From a virus (lineage: Duplodnaviria > Heunggongvirae > Uroviricota > Caudoviricetes), in the IMG/VR virus record IMGVR_UViG_2619619132_000012: a DNA stretch of 12,397 bases, one strand, 5' to 3'. The position numbers and the translations under genes are program-made. The notes below the pieces were generated by a model, which saw only the letters and a program-made list of their open reading frames with translations, was not told the origin of the DNA and searched no databases. Shown here piece after piece: positions 1 to 9,696 of the stretch; within the stretch, counting starts at the first letter, position 1, and every line of letters begins with the position of its first letter.

Positions 1-1293
<1,293 letters not shown>

Positions 1294-1409
1294 TACCCAA
1301 TTTTTCTGAATCTAAAAAGCGCCTGCGGGCGCTTTAAGTAGAGGTTTAATCATTTGAAAATAAATGGATTTTATTTTTAAGTGTCCATATAACGTCCATC
1401 TTTGAATGC

Positions 1410-1450
1410 AAAAAGCCCACAGCTTCTATGCTGTGGGCTTTGTTTTTTGG
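1410..1450. terminator. rho-independent terminator downstream of serS, probably bidirectional
   Basis: Stem gcccacagc (1415-1423), loop ttctat, stem gctgtgggc (1430-1438), then tttgttttttgg; A-run upstream makes it usable from either strand. Confidence 0.6.
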
Positions 1451-1472
1451 TGTCCTCATGAGTGAGGGAACC

Positions 1473-1506
1473 AAAAAGAAAACCCGCAGTTTTTACGCTG
1501 CGGGCT
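1473..1506 (-). terminator. rho-independent terminator for the minus-strand hok transcript
   Basis: On the minus strand: stem cccgcag, loop cgtaaaaa, stem ctgcggg, followed by ttttctttttgg; lies about 95 nt downstream of the hok stop. Confidence 0.5.
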
Positions 1507-1598
1507 TGTTGTTCACGTCAACTGGAAATAGGGTGCCTTTTCGACCTTTACCCTGGCAACCGATTGACGGGGAAGTTGCCTTCCCCGTCGCGGTTTCC

Positions 1599-1739
1599 TT
1601 ACTGCTTACACTGTAAGAACGCCGCAAACTCCGCTCCCCAGAAACTCATCCGTATTTCACACAGCGAACCGTGCAGCATCCAGATGATGAGGATTGCCGT
1701 CACGCAGAATGTGATGGCCGTAAGCGATTTTTGCGACAT
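1599..1739 (-). CDS. Hok-family type I toxin (small membrane peptide), 46 aa
   Basis: Hand-translated, absent from the ORF track (too short): MSQKSLTAITFCVTAILIIWMLHGSLCEIRMSFWGAEFAAFLQCKQ. Hydrophobic N-terminal helix plus the SLCEIR motif and AAF block as remembered for plasmid R1 Hok (…[22 protein letters not shown]…). AGGAG sits 8 nt upstream of the ATG. Confidence 0.75.
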   Translation of the reverse strand: MSQKSLTAITFCVTAILIIWMLHGSLCEIRMSFWGAEFAAFLQCKQ

Positions 1740-1842
1740 AGCGCTTGCTCCTTTTTCGGGGAGGCGCTAACCTATCACTTGCTGAGGGTAGATGGTTAGG
1801 GCCTCGGGTTAACGTTAAAGTTGACTCGGGGCCTTTCCACAT
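1657..1842 (-). CDS. mok-like overlapping reading frame (translational coupler for hok)
   Basis: 61-aa ORF starting 103 nt upstream of hok in a different frame and ending inside hok, the arrangement known for mok/hok. No sequence homology asserted. Confidence 0.4.
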   Translation of the reverse strand: MWKGPESTLTLTRGPNHLPSASDRLAPPRKRSKRYVAKIAYGHHILRDGNPHHLDAARFAV

Positions 1843-1930
1843 CTGGCCTTCGGGTATTCCCTCCGACCATCAGCCGAAAGGCACCCGCGCGTAATCTATC
1901 GCTTTTTTGTTACTCCGGCAATTCTGCCTG

Positions 1931-2191
1931 TTAATTCTGAGGTAAAGGCAAACTCATCTGATTGTTTCCCCTGTGTGAAGCTGGCAGCTCATGCCACGGG
2001 ATACCTTCTGAAGAGTGAACGCCGGAGGCGTGTTTTGATGTGAATTTATGGAAAGCTTCCAGTGTTGAGAAGCATACGCCGCATTCCAGATTGTTACACT
2101 GGTAATACTTTTGCCGCACGGTGTTTGAATCATTTTCCGGACGACTGGTGCGGATACGGGCAGATGCGCCACAAAGCGGACAACGGAACAT
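1931..2191 (-). CDS. ogr: Ogr/Delta-family zinc-finger late transcription activator
   Basis: 86-aa ORF MFRCPLCGASARIRTSR…YQCNNLECGVCF…; the CxxC…CxxxxC motif and N-terminus resemble P2 Ogr as remembered. GGGAGG SD 6 nt upstream. Sits immediately downstream of D as in P2. Confidence 0.8.
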   Translation of the reverse strand: MFRCPLCGASARIRTSRPENDSNTVRQKYYQCNNLECGVCFSTLEAFHKFTSKHASGVHSSEGIPWHELPASHRGNNQMSLPLPQN

Positions 2192-2231
2192 AGCGACCTC
2201 CCTTAACGTGGTGCTGCCTATTCTAAGTTGC

Positions 2232-3341
2232 TCACTCTGTTTCCGCTATCCATTCCGGGATTTTTGCCTCAAGCTCAAGCTGCGTGGTAAAACCGCTGTT
2301 ATCAATGGTGTGCTCGGCTTTTGCAATGATCCAGTCCTGATTATCAATCTCGCTTTTAAATCCTGTTACCGTGCCATGCATTTCGGGGTAGAGTTCTGCA
2401 CGTCCACGCGCCAGCGTGATGGAGAATGATGCGGCTCCGCGTTGTAGTTGCTGCCACTTTGCCGCCGCTGCGCGTCTTGCTGCCTGCTCGTTCTGATAAG
2501 TCTTGCGTAACACAAACACATTGCCTTCCGCGCCTTCCATATAATCACCTTCACGGCTGCTGCTTTTCTCCTTTTTGGGTTTTGGCGGTTTACGGCGTTT
2601 CACGCTGACTTTTTTCTTTTTCCCGTAATTAAGATCAAGCCAGTAAGCGCGTACCCCCGTATACGCTTCGCGGTCAGCAATGCGGAACTGATGGCGATCG
2701 CCGCTGCTGCGTGTGATGGCAAACGATGGCAACGGCTGGCCCTGTGCGTTCACGCCACCGCCGGGCATGATGAATAACAGATTACCGCTTTTTACCGTGG
2801 TGATTGCGCCCAGCATTTCCGCCATGCGCGTAAGGAAGGACATATCGCTTTCTTCGGTCTGGTCGGCGTGGTCGATTTCGATATCCATCAGCATTTCGCT
2901 GATTTGCGGTTTCAGACCGTACCGATGAGCGATGGCGGATACCACGCGCTCAACGGTCACATCATGCCAGGACACCTCACGTTTAACGTTAAATTCATCC
3001 CGAAAATCTGCGCTTCTGGCTGAAACCGTCAGCCTGTCCGGCGGTCCTTCGTGAGCGATTTCATCAACAATGTAAGTGCCTTTTTCTGTCAGCGGTTCGC
3101 CTTTCCAGCCAATGAGAACCGTCAGACGCGCGCCCCGTGGCGGTAGCTGCAACTGACCATCCGCATCATCCAGCGTGATGGTGAGCTGGTCCGCTTCAAA
3201 TCCCCGGTTGTCGGTCAGTGACAGACTCATCAGGCGCTCTGCCACGCCGGACAGCGTTTCCCCCTCCGCGAGAATATCAAAATCCGGCATTTTCACGGGG
3301 TCTGTGCTCTGACTGAGCAATTGCATGGTGGTGTTGGTCAT
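2232..3341 (-). CDS. D: P2 gpD-like tail protein (late control gene D)
   Basis: ORF track 2232..3362; start moved to the ATG at 3339-3341 (MTNTTMQLL…), preceded by GGGAGGGAAAG. Translation resembles P2 gpD throughout (LSLTDNRGFEADQL, SARSADFR, lysine-rich KKKKVSVKRRKPPKPKK linker, SGFK…QDWLIAK C-terminal block). Confidence 0.9.
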   Translation of the reverse strand: MTNTTMQLLSQSTDPVKMPDFDILAEGETLSGVAERLMSLSLTDNRGFEADQLTITLDDADGQLQLPPRGARLTVLIGWKGEPLTEKGTYIVDEIAHEGPPDRLTVSARSADFRDEFNVKREVSWHDVTVERVVSAIAHRYGLKPQISEMLMDIEIDHADQTEESDMSFLTRMAEMLGAITTVKSGNLLFIMPGGGVNAQGQPLPSFAITRSSGDRHQFRIADREAYTGVRAYWLDLNYGKKKKVSVKRRKPPKPKKEKSSSREGDYMEGAEGNVFVLRKTYQNEQAARRAAAAKWQQLQRGAASFSITLARGRAELYPEMHGTVTGFKSEIDNQDWIIAKAEHTIDNSGFTTQLELEAKIPEWIAETE

Positions 3342-3497
3342 CTTTCCCTCCCTGTGCGGCATGGTCGCATGTGCGTGCGGAGTGGGTTACTGCTTTTTGT
3401 TGTCGCCGTGGCGGGAGAACGGCGCAGGGGTGAGATTACGCGCGTGGTGGGTGATGATTGTTGCCGAATCATTTAACGGATACAAGGGGCTGAAGCT

Positions 3498-4682
3498 ATG
3501 AGTGAAACTCGTTTTCATGGTGCCCGTGTTACGGAAAGTACCGACCTGGTAACAGCGATTAATGATGTTGATTCCAGCGTTATCGGTATCGTGGCAACGG
3601 CGGATGATGCGGACGCGAAGCTGTTCCCGCTGAACAAGCCCACACTGCTGACCCGCGTCAATGACGTGCTGGGAAAATGCGGGACAACGGGGACGCTTTA
3701 TCGTGCGCTTAAGGCCATCGCAGACCAGGTGAGCACAAAGGTGATCGTCGTTCGCGTGGCTGAACACAAAGAAGAAAACGGAAAGACGCAGGATCAACTG
3801 GTTATCGGTGGTTCTGAATCTGACGGCAGCTATACGGGGATGTATGCGCTGCTTGTTGCAGAGCAGGATGAAAGCATCGGATACCGTCCGCGTATTCTGG
3901 CCGCGCCGGAGCTGGACACGGAGGCGGTGACAAAATCCCTGTGCGTGATTGCGGGTAAACTGCGCGCGTTTGTGTATGCCACATGTCATGGTTGTAACAC
4001 GATGGCTGAGGCGATTACCTACCGCCAGAAATTCAACGAACGTGAGGTGATGCTCTTATGGCCTGACTTCATCGCCTACAACCCGAAAAGTGGCAAAAAC
4101 GAAACGTTCCCCGCGCCTGCTTATGCGTGCGGCCTTCGTGCGTACATTGACCATGAGCAGGGCTGGCACAAATCGCTGTCCAACGTTCCGGTTAAAAATG
4201 TGCTGGGGATGTCGAGGCATGTGTTCTGGTCGTTACAGGCCGAAGACAGTGATGCCAACAGCCTCAACAACAAAGAAATCACGACCATTATTCGTCGTAA
4301 CGGGTTCCGCTTCTGGGGCAACCGCACACCGGAAACGAACGCCTACATCTTTGAGGTGTATACCCGAACCGCACAGGTGCTGGCTGATTCAATTGCGGAA
4401 GCGCAGTTTGAAACCATCGACAGTCCACTGACACCTGCGAACGTGAAGGATGTTATCAGCGCCATCAGAGCAAAACTGGATTCGCTGGTTACTGTCGGGA
4501 AACTGATTGGTGCGGAGTGCTGGTATGACGTGGTGGATAACAGCACCACGGGTTTACGTCAGGGGCGTGTGCGTATTCGCTACAAATATACGCCCGTTCC
4601 TCCGCTGGAAGACATGGAGCTTTACCAGTCGTTTACTGATGAATTCTTTGGTCCCGCATTTGCGGTGCTGGGAGGTGCCTGA
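3498..4682 (+). CDS. FI: contractile tail sheath protein (P2 FI-like)
   Basis: 394-aa ORF; translation shares blocks remembered from P2 FI (FPLNKP, LRAFVYA, YRQ.F..RE, WPDF, GWHKSLSNV, IRRNGFRFWGNRT, YTRTAQV, YTPVPPLE). Confidence 0.93.
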   Translation: MSETRFHGARVTESTDLVTAINDVDSSVIGIVATADDADAKLFPLNKPTLLTRVNDVLGKCGTTGTLYRALKAIADQVSTKVIVVRVAEHKEENGKTQDQLVIGGSESDGSYTGMYALLVAEQDESIGYRPRILAAPELDTEAVTKSLCVIAGKLRAFVYATCHGCNTMAEAITYRQKFNEREVMLLWPDFIAYNPKSGKNETFPAPAYACGLRAYIDHEQGWHKSLSNVPVKNVLGMSRHVFWSLQAEDSDANSLNNKEITTIIRRNGFRFWGNRTPETNAYIFEVYTRTAQVLADSIAEAQFETIDSPLTPANVKDVISAIRAKLDSLVTVGKLIGAECWYDVVDNSTTGLRQGRVRIRYKYTPVPPLEDMELYQSFTDEFFGPAFAVLGGA

Positions 4683-5194
4683 TGGCTGTACCAAAACATC
4701 TTCGCTTTTTTACGCTGTTTGTGGATGGTGAAAACGAAGTGGGTAAGGTGACGTCCGTCACTCTGCCTAAGCTGACGCGCAAAACCGACAGCTACCGGGG
4801 TGGTGGCATGATGGGTGCGGTAAGTATTGATCTCGGTCTGGACGACTCCGCGCTTGATGCGAGCTTTGTCATGGGGGGCGCAGTTCGTGAGCTGTTCCTT
4901 AAGTATGGCGGCACGATTGACGGCACGCTGCTGCGTTTTGCGGGTGAATACTACACCGATGCAGAAAGCGACCTGTATGAAGTCGAAATGCGCGGACGTG
5001 TGACGGAAATTGATATGGGGGAAGCCAAACAGGGCGAAGCCACATCACACACTTACGCCATTAAAAACACCTACTACAAGCTGAGTGTTAACGATCGCCC
5101 GTTGTGGGAGATTGACCTGCTGAACTTCATTTACCGGAAGGACGGCAAGGACATTGTGCCCGATCGCATCCGTTCCGCGCTCGGGCTTGGCTGA
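4682..5194 (+). CDS. FII: tail tube protein (P2 FII-like)
   Basis: 170-aa ORF; start overlaps the FI stop (TGATG) with a GGAGG SD; contains the VTSVTLPKLTRKTDSYRGGGM block typical of FII. Confidence 0.9.
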   Translation: MAVPKHLRFFTLFVDGENEVGKVTSVTLPKLTRKTDSYRGGGMMGAVSIDLGLDDSALDASFVMGGAVRELFLKYGGTIDGTLLRFAGEYYTDAESDLYEVEMRGRVTEIDMGEAKQGEATSHTYAIKNTYYKLSVNDRPLWEIDLLNFIYRKDGKDIVPDRIRSALGLG

Positions 5195-5248
5195 TAAGTA
5201 ATATGCAGGCGGCGCAGTGCGTCGCCTCTGACTGAAAGGAGTTTCCTG

Positions 5249-5614
5249 ATGAAAGAGACGAAAAACATCGATACCGAAAACACGGTAGTTACTGACACTG
5301 TGAAAGAAACCAGTGAGCGTGGCGTAAAACTTACCCAACCAATTGAGCGAGGCGGCGAAAAAATCACGTATGTGGAGATCACCGGGGCTATTGAGCAGGC
5401 TGGATCTCTGCGAGATTTGTCGCTGTCTGATGTGCTGAATCTGAAAGCGGAATCCATGTTTACGCTGCTGTCACGCGTGACATCACCGCGACTGGATGAA
5501 GTGACGATCAAAAAAATGGCATCCCGTGACTTTATTCAGTTATGTGCGGTTGCCGTAAATTTTTTGAGCGGTGCGGACTCTGGCGGGAAGAACGAACAGG
5601 CGACGGAAGCCTGA
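5249..5614 (+). CDS. E: tail assembly chaperone (P2 gpE-like), zero-frame product
   Basis: 121-aa ORF between tube and tape-measure genes, AAGGAG SD; positional equivalent of P2 E / lambda G. Confidence 0.75.
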   Translation: MKETKNIDTENTVVTDTVKETSERGVKLTQPIERGGEKITYVEITGAIEQAGSLRDLSLSDVLNLKAESMFTLLSRVTSPRLDEVTIKKMASRDFIQLCAVAVNFLSGADSGGKNEQATEA

Positions 5615-5778
5615 TCACGGTTGTGTGCTTTGAGCACATAGAAGACTTTGTGGCAGATATTGCCGCCATTTTTAACTGGTCGCCCGCCGAAATCTTCATG
5701 ATGACGCCCGGCGAAGTGGTTAGCTGGCGCGAGCGGGCGGCACTTCGCAGCGGGAATGCAGACAATGAAGACTCTTGA
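5249..5778 (+). CDS. gpE+E' fusion chaperone made by programmed -1 ribosomal frameshift
   Basis: The -1 frame relative to E is open from 5542 to 5778 and overlaps the start of T. Slippery heptamer T_TTT_TTG at 5560-5566 lies in frame X_XXY_YYZ relative to E. Confidence 0.6.
5560..5566 (+). other. slippery heptanucleotide TTTTTTG for the E/E' -1 frameshift
   Basis: aaT TTT TTG in the E reading frame; the -1 frame continues FFERCGLW… to the stop at 5776-5778. Confidence 0.6.
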
Positions 5779-8569
5779 TATCCGGGTCGCTTTCAGCGCC
5801 GTTGACAGGCTGACCCGGCCTGCCGAAAACGCCCGCCGCCTGATGGGGCAGTTTGGTGACTCCATCCAGCGAACGCAGGGGGCGATCAAAAATCTCGAGC
5901 GTCAGGCGCGTTCATTTGAGCGCGCCCGCGACGCTGTCAGTAAAGCGGATGCGGGTATCGTGAAAGCACGACGCCAGCTTAACGCCCTTAATCAGTTACA
6001 ACGCACGGGTACAGTGCTCAGCGAAAAACAACAAAAGCTGATGCAGCAGTTAAGCACCCGGCTTGAACGCCTGAATGAATCGCGCACACGGGAAATTCAG
6101 AAAATGCGGGAACTTGGCGGAGAGCTGAAACGCCACGGCATTTCCCTGACAGGCAGCGATAACACAATCCAGCAGGCCATCAGACGCACTGAACAGTACA
6201 ACAACCAGCTTGAACGCGAACGGCAGGCGCTTGCGCGTGTAACGCGGGCGCGTGAGCGGTATTCGCGCGCGCAGGAAACCGCGGGAAAACTGAAAACAGG
6301 TGGTGCGCTGGCAATTGGTGCTGCAGCGGCTGGCGGCTATGCTGCCGGGCGTTTTTTGCAGCCTGCGATCGGGTTCGGCAAAGAGATGTCCCGCGTTCAG
6401 GCACTGACGCGAATCGACAAAAACAGCCCGCAGTTTAAGGCGCTGCGTGAGCAGGCGTTAAAACTTGGTTCTGAAACACAGTTTACTGCGAGTGATGCCG
6501 CCAGTGGGCAGAGCTTTCTGGCAATGGCTGGTTTTACTCCGCAGGCCATTCAGGCCGCATTGCCCGGTGTTCTTAATATGGCGCTGGCAGGTGGCGTCGA
6601 ACTCGGCGAGACGGCGGATATAGGCTCCAATATCCTCACACAGTTCAACCTGACAGCCGATCAAATGGACCGGGTTGGCGATACGCTGACAGCGGCATTC
6701 ACCCGGACCAATACTGATTTACGCGCGCTGGGCGAAACCATGAAGTATACCGGTCCGGTTGCCGCAAAACTTGGTATCAGTCTTGAAGAAGCGGCAGCCA
6801 TGGCCGGGATGCTTGCCAATAATGGTCTTCGTGGAAGCGATGCTGGTACGGCCATGCGCGCAAGTCTGTCCCGCCTTGCATCACCGCCAAAAGCTGCGGC
6901 TGATGCACTGAAAGAGCTGGGGGTGTCAGTTGCTGACGCCAGAGGCAAAATGCGCCCGATGGAGGATGTGCTGCTTGATCTCTATAAGGCGACACAAAAA
7001 TACGGACAGGTGGACCAGGTCTCCTTCTTCAAGGACATCGCCGGAGAAGAGGCGTTCGTTGGTTTACAGACGCTTGTTGCGGCGGCTGGTTCAGGAGAGC
7101 TGCAAAAACTGACCAGAGAATTGCAGGGGGCAAGGGGAGAGGCCGATCGCGTTGCAAAAGTAATGGCCGATAATCTTGATGGGGACCTGAAAAATCTCGA
7201 CAGCGCATGGGAAGGTCTTCGTATTCGCATCAGTGATCTGGTTGACGGTCCGCTGCGTTCTGTCACGCAGTGGCTCACGCGGGTGCTTGAAAAAATCACC
7301 TCGCTGGCGCAGGCCCATCCGGTACTGACGCGCCAGCTACTGATAGCAGGCGGTGCGTTGCTGGCAATGACTGCAACGATTGGCTCGTTGTCGCTGGTTA
7401 TTGGGGTGCTTTACGGAAAGCTGGCCACCCTGCGTCTTGGTTTTGACATTCTTACCCGGTCAATGAATGTCGTCCGGGTGTTGCCTGCGCTGTGGGGAAT
7501 GCTGACGGGTTCTGTTTCTTTGCTGGGAGGCGCTATCGGGGCGCTGTTCAGTCCGGTTGGATTGATTGCTGCTGCGTTTGTGGCTGCGGCGGTTCTCATC
7601 TGGAAATACTGGGAACCCATTAAGGCGTTTTATGCCGGGGTGTTCAACGGGATTATGGAAAGGCTGACCCCGTTGCGCGAAACCTTTGAACGGTTTGGTC
7701 CTGTTTTTGACGCAATCGGGAGCGGGATCAGCCAGGTGTTTAACTGGTTTAAATCGCTGCTGTCACCGATGGAGTCCAGCAAGGAAACGCTGGATAAATG
7801 TACCAGTGCTGGCGAGATATTCGGTAGCGTTCTTGGCGGTGCGTTACAGCTTGTTCTGACACCTGCAAAAATGCTGCTGGATACGCTGGCGTGGATACTT
7901 GAAAAACTTGGCGTCCTTCCGGATGAAGCGGAAAGGGCGCGCAAGAAAATCGAAGACGCACAGCGTGCGGCCATTCTTCAGGACAAGGTTGCCTTGCTTC
8001 AGGGGGACCTGGCGAAAATCAATCCGCCGAAGCCTGTGGAAAATGGCAATGGCACCGGAGGTGATAACCCCAAAGACAATAAACCGCTCACAGACAGCAA
8101 TACCGGTACGCTGCGCAGACTCAGCAAAATTGCTGATAACACAGGTAAGCTGGTTGATGAGACGAAAAAACGCATTGGCCCCGGCGATATTGTCTTTAAG
8201 AACCTGCCCCGCGCACTTGCTGTTCGTGGGGAGTGGCAGGAGCGGAAGATTGCGCAGGTCAGTAAGCCCCCCGCAATTAATATCACACCCGTGGTCCCGG
8301 CTCCGCTGCCTCCGGCGCTGGTCCCTGTTGTTGCGGCCAGCTCCCGCCCGGTGGCGGAGGCCATACGATCTCCAGTGGCATCAGTTCCTGTAACTTCCCG
8401 TAACCGGGAGCCTGTTGCCTCCGGATTTGGTGGTGAAATTCATGTTCATCTGCATAACGTTGTTACGCAGAATCCCCGCGAACTGGCGAAACTGGTCGGT
8501 GAAATGGTCAGGGCAGAAATGGAACGGCGCGCCCGTGCCGGGCGTGGCAGTTTTTACGATAAAGATTGA
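5756..8569 (+). CDS. T: tail tape measure protein (P2 gpT-like)
   Basis: 937-aa ORF; coiled-coil N-terminal part, central hydrophobic/glycine-rich block, position between chaperone and U. The start could instead be the ATG at 5765. Confidence 0.88.
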   Translation: MQTMKTLDIRVAFSAVDRLTRPAENARRLMGQFGDSIQRTQGAIKNLERQARSFERARDAVSKADAGIVKARRQLNALNQLQRTGTVLSEKQQKLMQQLSTRLERLNESRTREIQKMRELGGELKRHGISLTGSDNTIQQAIRRTEQYNNQLERERQALARVTRARERYSRAQETAGKLKTGGALAIGAAAAGGYAAGRFLQPAIGFGKEMSRVQALTRIDKNSPQFKALREQALKLGSETQFTASDAASGQSFLAMAGFTPQAIQAALPGVLNMALAGGVELGETADIGSNILTQFNLTADQMDRVGDTLTAAFTRTNTDLRALGETMKYTGPVAAKLGISLEEAAAMAGMLANNGLRGSDAGTAMRASLSRLASPPKAAADALKELGVSVADARGKMRPMEDVLLDLYKATQKYGQVDQVSFFKDIAGEEAFVGLQTLVAAAGSGELQKLTRELQGARGEADRVAKVMADNLDGDLKNLDSAWEGLRIRISDLVDGPLRSVTQWLTRVLEKITSLAQAHPVLTRQLLIAGGALLAMTATIGSLSLVIGVLYGKLATLRLGFDILTRSMNVVRVLPALWGMLTGSVSLLGGAIGALFSPVGLIAAAFVAAAVLIWKYWEPIKAFYAGVFNGIMERLTPLRETFERFGPVFDAIGSGISQVFNWFKSLLSPMESSKETLDKCTSAGEIFGSVLGGALQLVLTPAKMLLDTLAWILEKLGVLPDEAERARKKIEDAQRAAILQDKVALLQGDLAKINPPKPVENGNGTGGDNPKDNKPLTDSNTGTLRRLSKIADNTGKLVDETKKRIGPGDIVFKNLPRALAVRGEWQERKIAQVSKPPAINITPVVPAPLPPALVPVVAASSRPVAEAIRSPVASVPVTSRNREPVASGFGGEIHVHLHNVVTQNPRELAKLVGEMVRAEMERRARAGRGSFYDKD

Positions 8570-8575
8570 GGAGTC

Positions 8576-9070
8576 ATGGCCATGATGATGATCTACGGCA
8601 TGTTTGTTTTTGAGCTGCGCACGTTGCCGCATCAGCAGTTACAGCAAAACAAAAGCTGGCGGCATGTGAAAAATGAGCGCGTAAACCGCTCAGCAAGCTG
8701 GCAGTATATCGGTGCAGGTGATGATCGCATCGTGCTTTCTGGCGTGCTTTATCCTGAAATTACAGGTGGCGAAGTGTCGCTTTCGTTGCTGACCACGCAG
8801 GCATATACAGGACGCCCCTGGCCTCTGATTGATGGTGTCGGGCAGATTTACGGCATGTATGTACTGACTGAAACGAATACGACCCGTTCCGAGTTTGATC
8901 GCTACGGTAAGGCGAAAAAGATAGAATTTTCACTGACTCTTGAACGCTGTGATGAGGATTTGCGGGAGCGCCTGCAATCCTCATCGTTCAGTGATATGCT
9001 GTCCGGCTTCAAAGATAAGGTCACATCATCCCTCAACAGCGCGGCCAGCTCCGTTAAAGGGCTGTTTTGA
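8576..9070 (+). CDS. U: tail protein gpU-like
   Basis: 164-aa ORF MAMMMIYGMFVFELRTLPHQQL…SWRH…; resembles the P2 gpU family N-terminus; GAGGAG SD upstream. Confidence 0.82.
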   Translation: MAMMMIYGMFVFELRTLPHQQLQQNKSWRHVKNERVNRSASWQYIGAGDDRIVLSGVLYPEITGGEVSLSLLTTQAYTGRPWPLIDGVGQIYGMYVLTETNTTRSEFDRYGKAKKIEFSLTLERCDEDLRERLQSSSFSDMLSGFKDKVTSSLNSAASSVKGLF

Positions 9071-9077
9071 TTAACGC

Positions 9078-9106
9078 AAAACCGCTAATGGTCAGATTAG
9101 CGGTTT
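9078..9106. terminator. bidirectional hairpin between convergent U and invertase
   Basis: aaaaccgctaat-ggtcag-attagcggtttt; the stem overlaps the invertase stop codon (9097-9099), with A/T runs on both sides. Confidence 0.5.
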
Positions 9107-9696
9107 TCATTTTCCTGAGTCTGCCTGGTTGTTTCTTCAGCCTGTATATCGCCTACAGGGTGATAACGATAAATCGTCGATATGCCGATGTCGTAAATGA
9201 TCGCCAGTTGTTTCCTGTCATGACCGTTTTTAATCAGCCTCGCTATTTGCTCGTGTTGTTCTTTTGTCAACTTCGGGCGACGTCCGCCAATGCGTCCTTG
9301 TGCGCGTGCTGCTGCCAGCCCGGCCAGTGTACGTTCTACAATTAATTCACGTTCCATTTCGGCTAAAGCCCCCATGACGTGAAAAAAGAAACGCCCCATG
9401 GGTGTTGACGTGTCAATGCTGTCCGTCAGACTACGGAAATTAACACCTTTTTCCCGCAATTCCTCAATAAGCGTGATCAGGTGTTTCATACTTCTGCCCA
9501 GTCTGTCCAGCTTCCAGACAACCAGCGTATCTCCTTCTGATAGCGTTCTGAGCAGTTTTTTCAATCCCGGTCTGGTTGATTTCGTTCCGCTGATTTTATC
9601 TTCAAAAATCAGTTCACATCCTGCGCAGTTCAGTGCATTGCGTTGTAAATCCGTGTTCTGGTCGTTTGTTGACACACGAATATAGCCAATTTGCAT
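9097..9696 (-). CDS. serine DNA invertase (Hin/Gin/Pin/Cin family), copy 1
   Basis: Start set at MQIGYIRVSTNDQNTDLQRNAL… (AGAGGA SD), not the longer 9825 ORF. Strong resemblance to Pin/Gin as remembered: catalytic-Ser motif GYIRVST, VVWKLDRLGRSMKHLI, SLTDSIDTS.PMGRFFFHVMGALAEMERELI.ERT, C-terminal HTH. Confidence 0.93.
   Translation of the reverse strand: MQIGYIRVSTNDQNTDLQRNALNCAGCELIFEDKISGTKSTRPGLKKLLRTLSEGDTLVVWKLDRLGRSMKHLITLIEELREKGVNFRSLTDSIDTSTPMGRFFFHVMGALAEMERELIVERTLAGLAAARAQGRIGGRRPKLTKEQHEQIARLIKNGHDRKQLAIIYDIGISTIYRYHPVGDIQAEETTRQTQENENR

Noticed and set aside
1462-1770. 102-aa plus-strand ORF across the hok region
   Set aside because: Runs antisense through the terminators and hok; the Hok peptide on the opposite strand has recognisable motifs and an SD.
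3342-3497. P2-type Ogr box (TGT-N12-ACA) upstream of FI
   Set aside because: Checked every TGT in the spacer by eye; none has ACA 12 nt downstream.
3387-3989. 200-aa minus-strand ORF
   Set aside because: Lies antisense within the strongly supported sheath gene and the D/FI spacer; no phage homolog recognised.
6180-8393. Several 60-165-aa ORFs on both strands inside the tape-measure gene
   Set aside because: Typical spurious frames in a long GC-rich gene; proline/arginine/serine-rich low-complexity translations.
9398-9685. 95-aa plus-strand ORF, identical to the minus-strand ORF at 11971..12258
   Set aside because: Both are antisense to the two invertase copies; their identity is a consequence of the inverted repeat, not a gene.
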